Source: Phoronis australis (Eukaryota; Animalia; Phoronida). From it: 64,000 nucleotides of DNA. Each line of letters starts with the position of its first letter. The stretch's first letter is position 1. The translations under genes and the position numbers were made by a program. The notes beneath the pieces are model-generated. The model searched no databases. It was given only the letters and a program-made list of their open reading frames with translations, and was not told where the DNA came from. Shown piece by piece: positions 1-11,696 of the stretch. The stretch spans positions 893,912 to 957,911 of the forward strand of contig NMRA01000066.1 of the NCBI GenBank assembly GCA_002633005.1, read 5' to 3'.

Positions 1-203
1 ATGCAAACTGATTAGCCTGCATTGACAGGTATCTTCTATGAGACTTTCAATTTTGCAGAAGAGAGATTAAATTGTTGAGCTTATGACAAAATCTTTCACT
101 TCTGAATCATTTGTCATTAAACAAACTTCACATTCTAGCCGTGAGTCCTGGATGTGCACGCATTATTCTGTGTTAATGAGAGTTTTATCTAAGCTCAACT
201 CAC

Positions 204-3200
204 CTCGAATCGATTACAGAAGGCTTGCAAGTTAGGGAATGCATCTAGACATGATGGCTGCAGCACTTTGTGTTGGTCAAACATCTCGTACAAATGAAAG
301 TCACAAACAGTCAGCTGCAAAAACGAGCAGTGGATTTAATTCAAAAAAGTAAAAGCAATCCCGGCTAAAACCTTTTGCAGAACCTCACACTGAGAGCCAA
401 TCTACGAAAATTACAGTATGGATCATTTTCTATGACTGTACAAAAATGAATCAATGTTACTAAAATTGCTCTCCATTTTTAATTAATATGTAATTGCCAC
501 TTGCCAAACATCCAGTGTGGAAAGGAGACTAAACGAAAAGACAAAAAGGCAACTTTATACATGTAACTAGTTTACTGTTTGTGCAAGACTAAAAACAGTT
601 AACTTACATTGTCTCCAGCGAAATATGGTTTGTCACCCAAAAAATCCGAGAAACCCTGAAGTTTTGACTTGAGTTCCTCCAGATAGTGGTCCTTTTCCTC
701 AAACTGGAACACAAATTAAAATCAGTTTTTCTCATTCAATGAAAATTGCCTATGACATTTTGCCAGAGTTTTTAAAACTATGACAGCGTTTTTGTAAAAA
801 CGGTGTACCTTTGTTGTGAGCTTTGCATGGTCTACTGGTGCACACATCGATTGCACAAAACATTGATGCCCTCCAGCATATCCAAAAAAAACTTGTCTTT
901 ACTTTTTCGTTGTTTTACACAAGACGCTACTTGATCGCCAAACATTTTTAAGTACCGTGGGGACTTTTGCAGCATGATTTTCTACAGAAATTTTTAATTT
1001 TATTTAATATTTAAGAAACTTAGAATTTCAGTTCACCGTGAAATGTGCTACCTATTTCACAATGTTTCCAATACTACGATTCAACTAAATGTTGAAATAA
1101 CATCTCAATGCACTGCAATTTAGCGAGCTTAAAGACAGGTTTTACATTAAGACCTGAGTTAAGTTTTACCGAGCTTGATCAAATTGCTTTATTTTGGTCT
1201 TGAACTCTATGTTTTGAATTGCAAAATCACTAACCATTGCCCAGTTAGTTTTAAAAAGACTACGAGTCATTAAGCTTCTTGTGCAATCAAACAATGAATT
1301 TCAAGCTTGGAAAAACTTGTTGTTTTAGTAACTACTGTTGAGCAAACTTGAGTAGTGCCGCGGACGTGCAATACTACTATAGTGAGGCTTAGTTCCTGGT
1401 AAATGTGGTATCTTCAACATGGTAAGTGTAGGATCAAAAAGCGTGGCAAATGGGGAGTCTTGAATAAAATTGCCATAACAACCTTGAATAAGTTTGTTTG
1501 AGCAAAATTAATCTTGTACATTATGACATGGGATTAAGCTCAGCGAATTTAGTGCCGCAACACACCGCTACAATAGTTTTCCCTCATGCAATCATTTACT
1601 GGAGACACAACGAGCAGAAATACTTTTTCATACCTACTGTAAAACTTCTGAAAGGCATTCATTTACTAACACCTTGCACAGTTTTCAAGTATTTTCATTC
1701 CGGTATCAGTTGTAACTCTCCCCCCACATTTGCTTTAGTCATAGTCTAATTGAACACGCAGCACCCATTTGTTTGTCCAACTCCAAACATCCAATAAAAA
1801 TTTGGGGTTCAGAATCGGCTTGCATGAAACAGTCCCAAATAATGACTCAATTAATTTCCCTAAATCTTTTGCCTGTTTGTGTCTTTCTTTACTCACAGAT
1901 GTAATCTGTTTCTATGATTTCGTCTTTATTATGAGCTCCTCTTTGACTCATGAAATTTTCTAATAACATAACTAAAAACTGAGCCCTGAATTCAATGAAA
2001 ATAAATAAGGATTTTTAAGTTTAGAGGCGTTTTATTTTTGGTACTATTGAGAATTCATGGTCAATTTCACTCTCGATTTGTAACAAAATCAAAACTTGAC
2101 TTTGTAATGAAACTAAAACAGAACAAGAAAGGACAATCGGTGTTTTCACAAATTCACAATTACGCAGTAGATTTAGTGAACTTGGCTGAGTCCCTAGCTT
2201 AAGACGTTTACAATTCCCTTTTTCAAATCCTAAGCCATTGAGTCTTAATCGAACGCATAAGGGGAAGCCATTAAAGACCCAAGGAGCGGTAGTTAAGTCA
2301 AGCCGATAATGCGAATCACCTAATCAGTGAATGTTTAATTAAGAATGTAAACTCGACGTATTGAAAAGCCAAAACAAAGGGTTCCTTCCTCAAGTATGAA
2401 CCAAAGCAACGCTTTTCAAAGATGGCGCCGAATGGGGCTTAACTACATTTTTTCAAAGACTTCGCTCGCTGCAGTGCGTTTCTCGTTCTCAGGTGATGAA
2501 CCAAACTACCCTCTGACACAGCGCCACCTATACTGAAAAGGGGCCCTGTGATAACTTGATGGTCGGAAGTTTATCGATCACATCTCCATCACTTGCCCAC
2601 ACCTTCTATCCACTGTACTTGTTTGGGAAGCCATTGTATCGGGGTTATCTTGATTTTATTTATGTGTCATTGTCCGTTTTAATGAATTGCAACTACTCAA
2701 GTCAAACGTTGTCGCCATACTACGTAACAGTAAACTGAAAGGGGTTTCCCAGACATCAACCAACGGGAATTGACTGAATGTTATGACGTCGGTTTCTTTA
2801 CTTTAACCAATGAGAAGCCATGATAAACAACATTCCACATTGCGCCTACCTTTCGTAGCACGGTGAAATAATATAGTACCAAACAAGCTGCAAAGCGACA
2901 TCTTCCGAGAAAATGCACTAACTGATGATTCAATTAGATTTCAACTCACAAAATAATAGCACATCCGTAAGAACGCGTTGCGCAGGTCCATACATATCAA
3001 CAACATCATGTCGTTACGCACACGTTCCGCCTCCGTTTGACCCACTGAAAAATTGAAGAAAGTTACACACATTTGGATAAACTTCAAACGGATTCAATCA
3101 AAATCGTTATCAGCAAAGTCAACTGTGCTCTCCTACACCGCCCATATTCTCTTCAATCAAAACCAAATTTCATTAATCCAACAAATAGGCAGAACCAAAA

Positions 3201-6200
3201 AATGATCCTGTGAGGGGGGGGTAAAAACGCATATGCTCTGAAAAACAGTACGCCTTTGGCGTTTTTCATCTCTGCTCATGTCCGTATGGTGGCCCGGACA
3301 CCATTTTTCCACCTTAAATCAGCTAACGGTTTGCAAACAATGATTGCTACATTAATATTACATTCTACTTACAGAGATTGAACTTTCTCCCAAGGTACTG
3401 GAAAATGGCATTTGTTTCAGTAACTTTAATGTCTCCATCTATGAGATATGGTAACTGAAATGAAAATGAACAGAACTTGTGTTGACCGAAAAAACGTTGC
3501 TTGTCATTTACGGTTCGGCGGTTTCGCATTTATTTGATTGGTGATATGCCAAGACGTTATATAACTCCTTTGGATTTTACAAAATCTCGCTATGGTAACC
3601 AGTATTTGATCAGTGATATGTCAAGACATTATATGATACCATGCATTTTACAGATCGCGGTATGAAATCGTGATAACCTGCTGTGGCAACAGCAGGCCTC
3701 ACGCATTGCCAGACAAAACTTCATAAATTAAGCGCCTTATTATAGTGCTGAATTTCCGAACAAGATTCTGGCACCTGATTATCCGCGGATCAGTGCACAC
3801 ACGCACACGCATACACACACACATGCACGCACACACACACAGCATCAGAAAGCCATAAGCTCAATAGCTCACTTGCGAGTTTCTCGTTAGTCAATGTGAC
3901 GTCACCGGAAAAGGGGCAAAACCCGCCATATTGGTCTTGTTTGGCCCCGAGTCTTTGCTACACACGCTAAATTTTACNCTCGTTTAGTATGACGTGATTA
4001 TACTGTTTTAGACACAGTCAAAAAAAATTAAAAAGCCTACATTTAAAACAACTATAATAATTAAGCACGATTTACGTATCGCTTTAATTATTTTGAAAAC
4101 CTAGTCATCTTAATTTTTCTCAACCCCCAGTATCTGGCAACTCCACCCCCCGCCTGGAGCAGGCAATGTGTCCAAGCGGTTGACGGAACACACTGATTAA
4201 TCCGAACACATAATTGCGAGTGGTTACCTGTATCAGAAAATAATCCAAAACCAGCAAAAAAATTTAAACTACGTCGTGACTGTGCATTTTTATTCCTATT
4301 TCCGGTTCAAATTGCGTCATAATACAAGGTAGCTGCAGATGCGTCATCACTGACAGCCCAATATTTTTGTTACCAATATTTACTTGCAAAAAATAAGCAG
4401 CTGTAGAACTAGGTGAAAGCGTCGGGATTTTTGGGATCGTGAACTTGTGCCAAAAAGGTTATTTCGATATTGCCAATTAACTTCTCAGTAAACAGGTGAT
4501 ATAAACTTCGATACAACGTTATTTTGCTGCAGTGTGAAAGATTAACTTGGGAGTCATCGAAATTATAAGAAGGAGTCACTGTCACGTGCTGTGTTCGTAT
4601 CTTCCCTTCAGAATATTCAACATTCCGTTAATATTTGCGTTTTTATTGCCCACATACATACTACAATTTTATTTTCATCCTAATTAGTTGTACTTTTATT
4701 CTGTCATAACAAATGATTGTATTACACAAGATTTCCAACCCATAATTATAACAGATTAACGTTCTTTCTGGCACTAATTAGCCTTCACATGTTTCTCCGT
4801 CTTTAAAAATGACAAATACATAAGGTTTTCGCCACGCCATCTACTTTGCAAAAGCTTTGCTTCATCATAGACTCTAATAGAACGTCATAGAGCAATGACT
4901 TCTACATACGGTAGTTTGTAGAATAGCTCAAATTTATTGATTTTCTTCAAAATTAGTCTGGCTTTTTCGAAATTATGGATGGAAATCCAGAAGAAAATAG
5001 AATGAAAAATAACACTAAATCGTTCGAAAAATAATTAGCCTGGAATTTTTTCTGATGAATTTCTGCGATTTTTGACAAAAAAATGCGCTATTTATACAAA
5101 ACTACATTACGCGCTTTGCATCGACGCGGCTCCCTTTAATACCAAAGTCAACTTAGTGGGAAAAGACCATTAAGTTATCAGTGTTCAGTGCCCGGGGTCA
5201 CTGGAAGAATTGCCATAATCAGGCTTGGACAATTTAGGATTATTCCGATGATGACAGGAGAAATTACGCAACTCCATAAGTGGCTTACCGGCTCACAAAG
5301 CACTGTATGGTTCAGCTGTATTTAAATGTTAGCTGCGGGTAATATGCTTAGGCAAACATTAACTGGCTCAGGTGACCTTAATATTTCCGGTTCATTTGAG
5401 TTAAAAATTCCATCAAAGGGTTTTAACGCAAGTTAATTTAGACGAAACTGAAGCCCAAATGAAGTTCATTTAAGACAATTCTAAATGTTTTCAAACTCAA
5501 TTTAATTTATATGATTTGATAGTTTAATTTTTCTAGTGGTGCACCACCACCACCTAAAATGGCCACGAAAATGAATGAAAACTCAGTGACTCAATCAACT
5601 ACATCCTTACGTAATGAGGTTCCGCGCAAACCCCGCCCACATAAAAATAATAGTAAAATAAGGCAAACAAAAACAGGGGCTGAACGAAAGAAATGTTTAT
5701 ATTTCTATGGACTGACGTGAAGTCAACTCTGTGTTCTAAATCAGTAAATGTAAAGGGCAGAGTTTCTAAAAGTAACTTTAAAATGTATTGTTACATTAGT
5801 GATTCTAAAACTATCAAGAGGAATCAAATAAACGATATGCGGCAGAATTACACTCTATAATTTACTCATACTGCATTTGCATAGTTCATGGCTCACAACA
5901 AGGAACTTTTTTCATTTGTAGTCAAACTTGGGGTAAATCAGCTACGCAAAACGTTTCAAAAAAGATACGAATTTTGTAGTCGTTAAGTAATTTATCTGAG
6001 TTTTTACGCAAAATTTGAAGGATATTAAACGACAACTGGCTGAGAAATCATCGATACCCTTGAAATATTTTAACGGTTCACTTAGGAGCAAAATTTAAAA
6101 CAATTACAAAGTTGCCACATTCGTCACACACTTGACCCGGCCCGGAAATGCAAAACAATCCCGAAAGAGCTGCTATGGTCCTTAATTCTATTGGGTTTGA

Positions 6201-8053
6201 TGTTGGTGGAGTCTTTTTCGGAAATATCCGGTACTCACATTTGGGTATGACAAGCCTAGACTATGTTTATCTTTTAGCCAGTCACTGTCGTCCCAAGTTT
6301 CATTCACTTCTGAAAAAGAAAAAGCAAAATTTCATTCCACCTTTCATGACGATATCACAATAACTTACAACGGACCAACAAAACTGAGGCTATCAAAGTT
6401 AGACATTGATTTTTACTTTCAATGATTAAAATAATTCAAGAAGAATTTAAATATCGTTAGTCATTTTCGTCAATAGTCATGCGACTAATTACAATACACG
6501 TGCGTTCAAATTACAGTTCATTATTTTTGGAAAACCCAAATATTTTTGGCACCTGGACACCATCTTCTTGGTTGGGTGCCAAAAACAAAACACACATATC
6601 ACTTTGTATTGAAAAGATATGAAATTATTAACCAATGTGTTTAGCAGAAAAAATAGGGATAGACATATTGGAAAAGCGACTAGCGGTTGCAGGGCCCTCG
6701 CTCATCTGAGGAGAAAGATGTTTGTGGCTTCTGAGAGAACCCCCACCCCCCTTCCCTTCCCTACCTCCCAACGACAAAGCCTCCAGTAGCCAAAACTAAT
6801 GTTTTTTTTAAAGTGATTCTAACTTTGAGGATGAATTTTGGGTGATTTTAAAAGAATGGGATTCGGCCACAATCTCCAAGGGAGAATATTAAAAATATTT
6901 AATTGAGGCATCGAGGTCATTGACCTCCATATTCTTACCATCCCGCACAATTGTATATTGTTTATCTTCAAAATCAGCGGCCGCGTATGCCAGAACCAGT
7001 CGAAGTGGCTGACCCAGCTGAAAAAAACAAGGGAGATAATGACTGACATTGGCAGATCAGACAGTCTCCATACCTCACTAACCACGTGGAGATTTTCATC
7101 AACAGTTTTTTTCGGATTTGTCTCTATAATCATTGGCCTAAAGGTTCGCTAGTCCAAACAATTAAAAATTCTAGAAAAGTCGAAAAATATCAAAAGTGAA
7201 GTTTCAGTAGTCCGAAAATAATAAAAGTGTCGAAGTTTTTACAATCCGAGAGTTCTATGTTTTGAAGGTTCTATAAAACCGACAGTGGAACCTTTCGACT
7301 ATACAAACTTCAGACTATAGAGGCATCGAATTTTGTTGTCGGGCTATGGAATCTTTGAAAAAAGAACCTTTGCACTATAGCACCTTCAGACCATAGAACC
7401 TTTGGATCATAGAATCTTCGTACCGTAAAACTTTCGGAGTAGGCCTATAGAAGCTTCGTACTACAGAGCCTTCGTAATATGAACATGGATGCCTTTTTTC
7501 TTACTACCAAGCACGTGCGTACTTCTATTCATAATGATGCCCAACCCAAAAACCCGCTTTTCATCACAAAAACATATTTTGATTCAGACGGCTAATACGG
7601 TAGTGAAATTGGTGTCCAGTTGTTTCCTAAATTCACGGGTTCGAAAGAAATGAAGATTGCCTTTATTTGTGACGGAAGAAGAATGGACTAGTGAAAGCTT
7701 TTTACCATACTTCAAGTGTCGCAATTTTTAAGACCAGATTGTTAAAGAAACCGGTACTTTTAGAATTGAAATCGGTTAGTCACTCATATATTTTACGGGT
7801 AGATAGATTTATTCACGATGGCGACATCGGACTAGTGCAGCCCAAACCCAACACCCGGAACACTGGGATAGTGTAAAATTAGCCTATGTCCTTTTAAAAT
7901 CGCATGTCATGATTCACCATACTAGTTACCCCCACAGCATCGATCAATTCGGCAAATCTTATTTTTTACCTTCTATTATCTCCGGGACAATCCTCAGACC
8001 ACAGAGCCAATAGTCACCCCTCGAATATCCCAATATCCTACAGTAACCGGCAT
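204..8053 (-). CDS. GSTM: Glutathione S-transferase Mu class, paralog A (exons 1-7; exon 8 lies beyond window position 1)
   Basis: Exons with GT-AG boundaries and consistent phase: 8018-8053 [12 protein letters not shown]; 6939-7017 [26 protein letters not shown]; 6239-6309 [24 protein letters not shown]; 3373-3454 [27 protein letters not shown]; 2950-3044 [32 protein letters not shown]; 608-703 [32 protein letters not shown]; 204-314 [37 protein letters not shown]. Motifs and exon sizes (36, 82, 96, 111) match the known Mu-class GST gene structure. Confidence 0.95.
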
Positions 8054-8172
8054 TGCAAATTGAGCGAAAAATCAGGACAGCAAGCGTACACCTTTCCCTG
8101 CGATCCCTGACGTTTCATTCTGTGCTGTCAATACATGTGACCAACTAATCAACATGATTATACGTCGAATAA

Positions 8173-8929
8173 CACAGGCGGATTTAGGGGGGCCCAGGCC
8201 CCCCCATTGGCTGCCACAAAAAATAAAACAGCAAGAGCGTAAGGAAATGTTGAGTTTATTAATTAACCCAGGTAATTAAAATTATACGGATGAAACAAGA
8301 TTTAAATGTGTGCAGTTTTAGTGTTTGGGGAGCTCAGATCCAATTTCAAGTGTCAAATTCGAAACACGGCGCAATCGTAATGGAACTATGGCTAAGTATA
8401 GGCTCTCCCGCGATATCCCAGGCGACCGGCAGTGGCGCTGTGCACTACAACTCCGTTTCCGTCGTCTGCTCCAGTGTGCAATGAATAAAATTTACTTCAT
8501 TTTTTAAAGAAAATGGAACCTGAGTGACGATGAAAAAACAGAAGCTGCTGGTAAGATGTGAATTTTAATCGAAGCCTTAGTGAATCACTCAGAAACTCGC
8601 AATACTCTCTTTGTCAAACAGTGCTGTAGTGGGGCGTAGGCGCACGTAGGCGCAGCCAACCACCTTTTGGCATTTGAAGACGGCGCCTACGCACCGTAAG
8701 TTACGTTCAGTGCTCAAAGTGATACGGTGGGCTTTGGGCGCCTACCTACCTGTAATTTTACCACTACAGCACTGTTGTCAAACCTTAACTTAAGACGATT
8801 TCCAAAGCAATCCCGTCATTATTGCCAACACGAAAAACAGATTTGGTCTTTTGGGCATTTGAAGACCATTTCAAATACAACAAATTTGTTACGAACCGAG
8901 TGCACAAAATATAAAACGTGTAATAAGCA
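8173..8929. mobile_element. Same DNA transposon family, inverted and truncated copy about 120 bp upstream of the GSTM-A proximal ATG
   Basis: Reverse complement of ~21815-22426; starts CACAGGCGGATTTAGG. Confidence 0.8.
8619..8774. mobile_element. hAT-type MITE nested in the previous element
   Basis: Perfect 14-bp TIR CAGTGCTGTAGTGG/CCACTACAGCACTG; 8-bp TSD TTGTCAAA. The empty site is visible in the 21422-22426 copy near 21960. Confidence 0.9.
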
Positions 8930-9555
8930 CAGGCGTCCTCAGCTTCTGATCGTCCCCAATACACTACATATAATACTCGTTTTTTTTCTCTATAAACCTA
9001 ATGGGATTAATTTCAGCTGACGTCACCACAACTTAGTTATACAACCCAGTCTCTCAGGCTCTCACAGGGTTAGTCTCCGATTTAGATGGCTCAAAACTTT
9101 GCCGAGGAAACTTATCAAACACCACAAATATTTACGTCGTGAAATAGAACAAAGTACGACATTATGTCAACAGATGTTGCATAACTCAAAGTGGCTGCTG
9201 TGACCCCATGTGTCCCCAATCATAAACCTGCAAGCGGGCGACAGGGACAGTCGAGAAAAGACTCAAGGAGATATGTACGACAGAGTGAACTGTAGAACAT
9301 TACTCAACTACCCTAGAGGACCCTAATCAGTACATTTTTGTTAGACACCATTTTTTAATTTTGCAGTATGGATAGTCTATTCTCACTTGAAACGCGTTTG
9401 TACTTAACAAAAAGGTCGATCGAGAAAACTTCTTTTATGATCGACATATGTCCCGAATAATAGATAATAAATTATACGTGCGTCACAAGCTCGTTACCAA
9501 ACTGAAAACGAGACGGAGTTGGGCGATGAGGTCATTTATTATGACTATAGTACAA

Positions 9556-10220
9556 TTACAATATAATGAATACAGGTAAATAACGTAAAAATGGTAATCT
9601 CTTATGCACAGATGTTTCGGTAGACATGTCAGTCACAAGCTTCAAGTGGACAGCTCTAGTAACGCCACAGTTGAACAGGCAAAAGTAACATTTGTTTTTT
9701 CGCGATTGCGCATTTTTGTAGTAAAGTACCCCGGTGAACTCCAGTAAAACTAAATGGTGGCGCTTCATCCAGTCGGAATTTACATGTAGGTAATGACAGC
9801 TTCACAAGTACACAGTAAGATGTCCTACTATATGACTTTCAAGCAGGTAACACACTTCCGAAGGACAAATTTGGCGTACGCTCGGTACTGGTCCAGTATG
9901 TCTGATGGATGTACAGGTACGCTGCTGTAGTTGACAGAACTCCTCCATGTAATACTGCATGGTGTGCTGATCGTACAATCAGCTTCGTAAGCTCGCAATG
10001 AGCTAGTAAAAGTACTAATGGGATGTATAGCTTCAAATGGGATCTGCCCTATTTGAATTCTGCAACTCAAACATTGAGAGAGTTGGACTATATGTAAACA
10101 TTGGTTTGACAACTTTCTCTCTGCAATCACTGTCAAACTCACAACACGGCTGTATCCCGGGTGCGCAAGAATAATTCAAGATCGGACAAGCGACAGAGGC
10201 ACTGTAATTTTTTAACCCCA
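9556..10220 (-). mobile_element. BEL/Pao LTR retrotransposon integrase fragment
   Basis: PLVLLLAHCELTKLIVRSAHHAVLHGGVLST...YW (integrase Zn-binding region) and FTGVLY..KCYFCLFNCGVTRAVHLKLVTDMST (Pao-type integrase core), frameshifted. Confidence 0.8.
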
Positions 10221-10361
10221 AAAATTACTTCGATTTAAAAATTCAACAATACCCCGACTACGTAACTGCATTCGTGCCTCTAGGCAAGCCTTATCTATTT
10301 ACCTCTCAGTCAGGCTCGGAGTCAGCCAGGCTCAGCCCACGAAGCAGTCCCAGCACCTAAC

Positions 10362-10535
10362 GCAGTGGCGGATTTAGAGGGGGGGCCAAGGGGGCCATGC
10401 CCCTCCCACCCTAAAATTCTCCCAGATTCCATTAGGCAGTTCGGAGGTGAGAATGTCTGACGGGAAAATTCCTGGCTAATATGCTGCCCTGCCCTTCCCC
10501 CCACCCCTAACTCAAAATGCTGGATCCGCCCCCCA
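10362..10535. mobile_element. Short MITE (CAGTGGCGGATTTAG...CTGGATCCGCCCC)
   Basis: Inverted termini; absent from paralog B near 40795; related copies at 41806-41928 and 43626-43748. Confidence 0.65.
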
Positions 10536-10582
10536 ATAGTCAAACAGTGCATTGAAATGTAACATTTTATGTTAATACTCAC

Positions 10583-10618
10583 CCCTCGAGTATCCCAGTA
10601 TGCTAGAGTAATCGGCAT
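10583..10618 (-). CDS. GSTM: Second (distal) coding first exon of GSTM paralog A
   Basis: 36 bp, ATG CCG ATT ACT CTA GCA TAC TGG GAT ACT CGA GGG (MPITLAYWDTRG), followed by a consensus GTGAGT donor in phase 0, compatible with exon 2. No other exon 2 lies between it and the proximal exon 1. Confidence 0.8.
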
Positions 10619-10696
10619 TGCAATTGACAATTCAAACCCGAGCTACGGTTAGCACCAGGACAGTAGACACCTTTTTCTAATAAAGAGCCTTGCAAT

Positions 10697-10717
10697 GCCC
10701 CGTCATTACCACGTGAC
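10697..10717 (-). promoter_or_regulatory. ARE-like (TGACnnnGC) plus E-box (GTCACGTGG) module upstream of GSTM-A distal exon 1
   Basis: Minus strand GTCACGTGG-TAA-TGACGGGGC about 80 bp upstream of the ATG, with a CCAAT just upstream. Same spacing in paralog B. Confidence 0.5.
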
Positions 10718-11696
10718 GCACGGTCAAATTGGTTGGGTTCCGGAGGTTTCCAGATAAGCGCCGATGCGCCTGCGCACTGAAAAGATGTTACCGTTCATTC
10801 CCGATAAACATTGTCCATTGCTGCCTCAGTATTTGAGGTCAACTATTATATTATTTTCAATATCCAAATGCATCAGCTCTGATTCCTAGTCCGGACGGCA
10901 ACTTATGATACCAACGGTTCGGACGGGACACTCGAATCAGCGAACCTCCCTCGATCGCTATGGCAGCGCCGTCTGGCGACACTGTGAAGCATTTCTGTAT
11001 AGAATATCTGTTGCAAATGATCCTTTCGCTACGCAGTTAAAAAGGACTCTGGTCAGCTCCAATTATCAATTTATATATTAATTGTTTGTCTTTGTCTGAA
11101 AGAGTTTGGTGCTCTGTACCGTGTGTGCGCTGATGATAGCTCATCAAGGTGTAGGCCAATTTCTAGCAGTTTTTGAATGCAGTTTCTACCCGAGAGCTAG
11201 GATTCATGCTTCATGTGCTGGGGCTTTCATTGCTGACTATTAAGTTTACGGTGACACACAGTCACGTCATGTCACAACTTAGAAGCAAGTTCTTACTCAT
11301 TTTTACAGTTTGGTGGTTTGTTGATCATATATTCTCTCATTACCGGTACATATATCATGTTATGTTTTAGTTAAAATGAAGCAGTAGCGTTCTCTTGAGA
11401 CCAGATGTAATCACCTCTTATTGCAGAATCTCCATGTCTCAGCAGTTATGTTTTTTCTGCATTTAGTGAATGGACCAACTGTTTCCGTCACAATTGTGTT
11501 ACTTGCACCATCTACCAACTTTTTTTATTCTTGTTACAAGAATTAGAAAGAGTTACAACTCTGGTGCGCCCAGTGGCGGTAAAATTCTCGCTGATTACAT
11601 TAAAAAAATTGTCACTGTATTGAAAATTTACTCAAATTTTAGCATTGCATAAGTACCTCACGTTCATTTCTGTGTTTCACGTGTCTGTCACTACAG

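Noticed and set aside
1498-1963. ORFs of 60-135 aa repeated at 27182-27648
   Set aside because: They lie in GSTM intron 5, differ by frameshifts between the copies and overlap a dispersed repeat. The similarity reflects the duplication only.
4880-4915. Minus-strand LPYV motif with synonymous-looking changes between the paralogs (possible extra exon 4)
   Set aside because: No AG acceptor and a stop within 10 codons. The true exon 4 is at 3373-3454.
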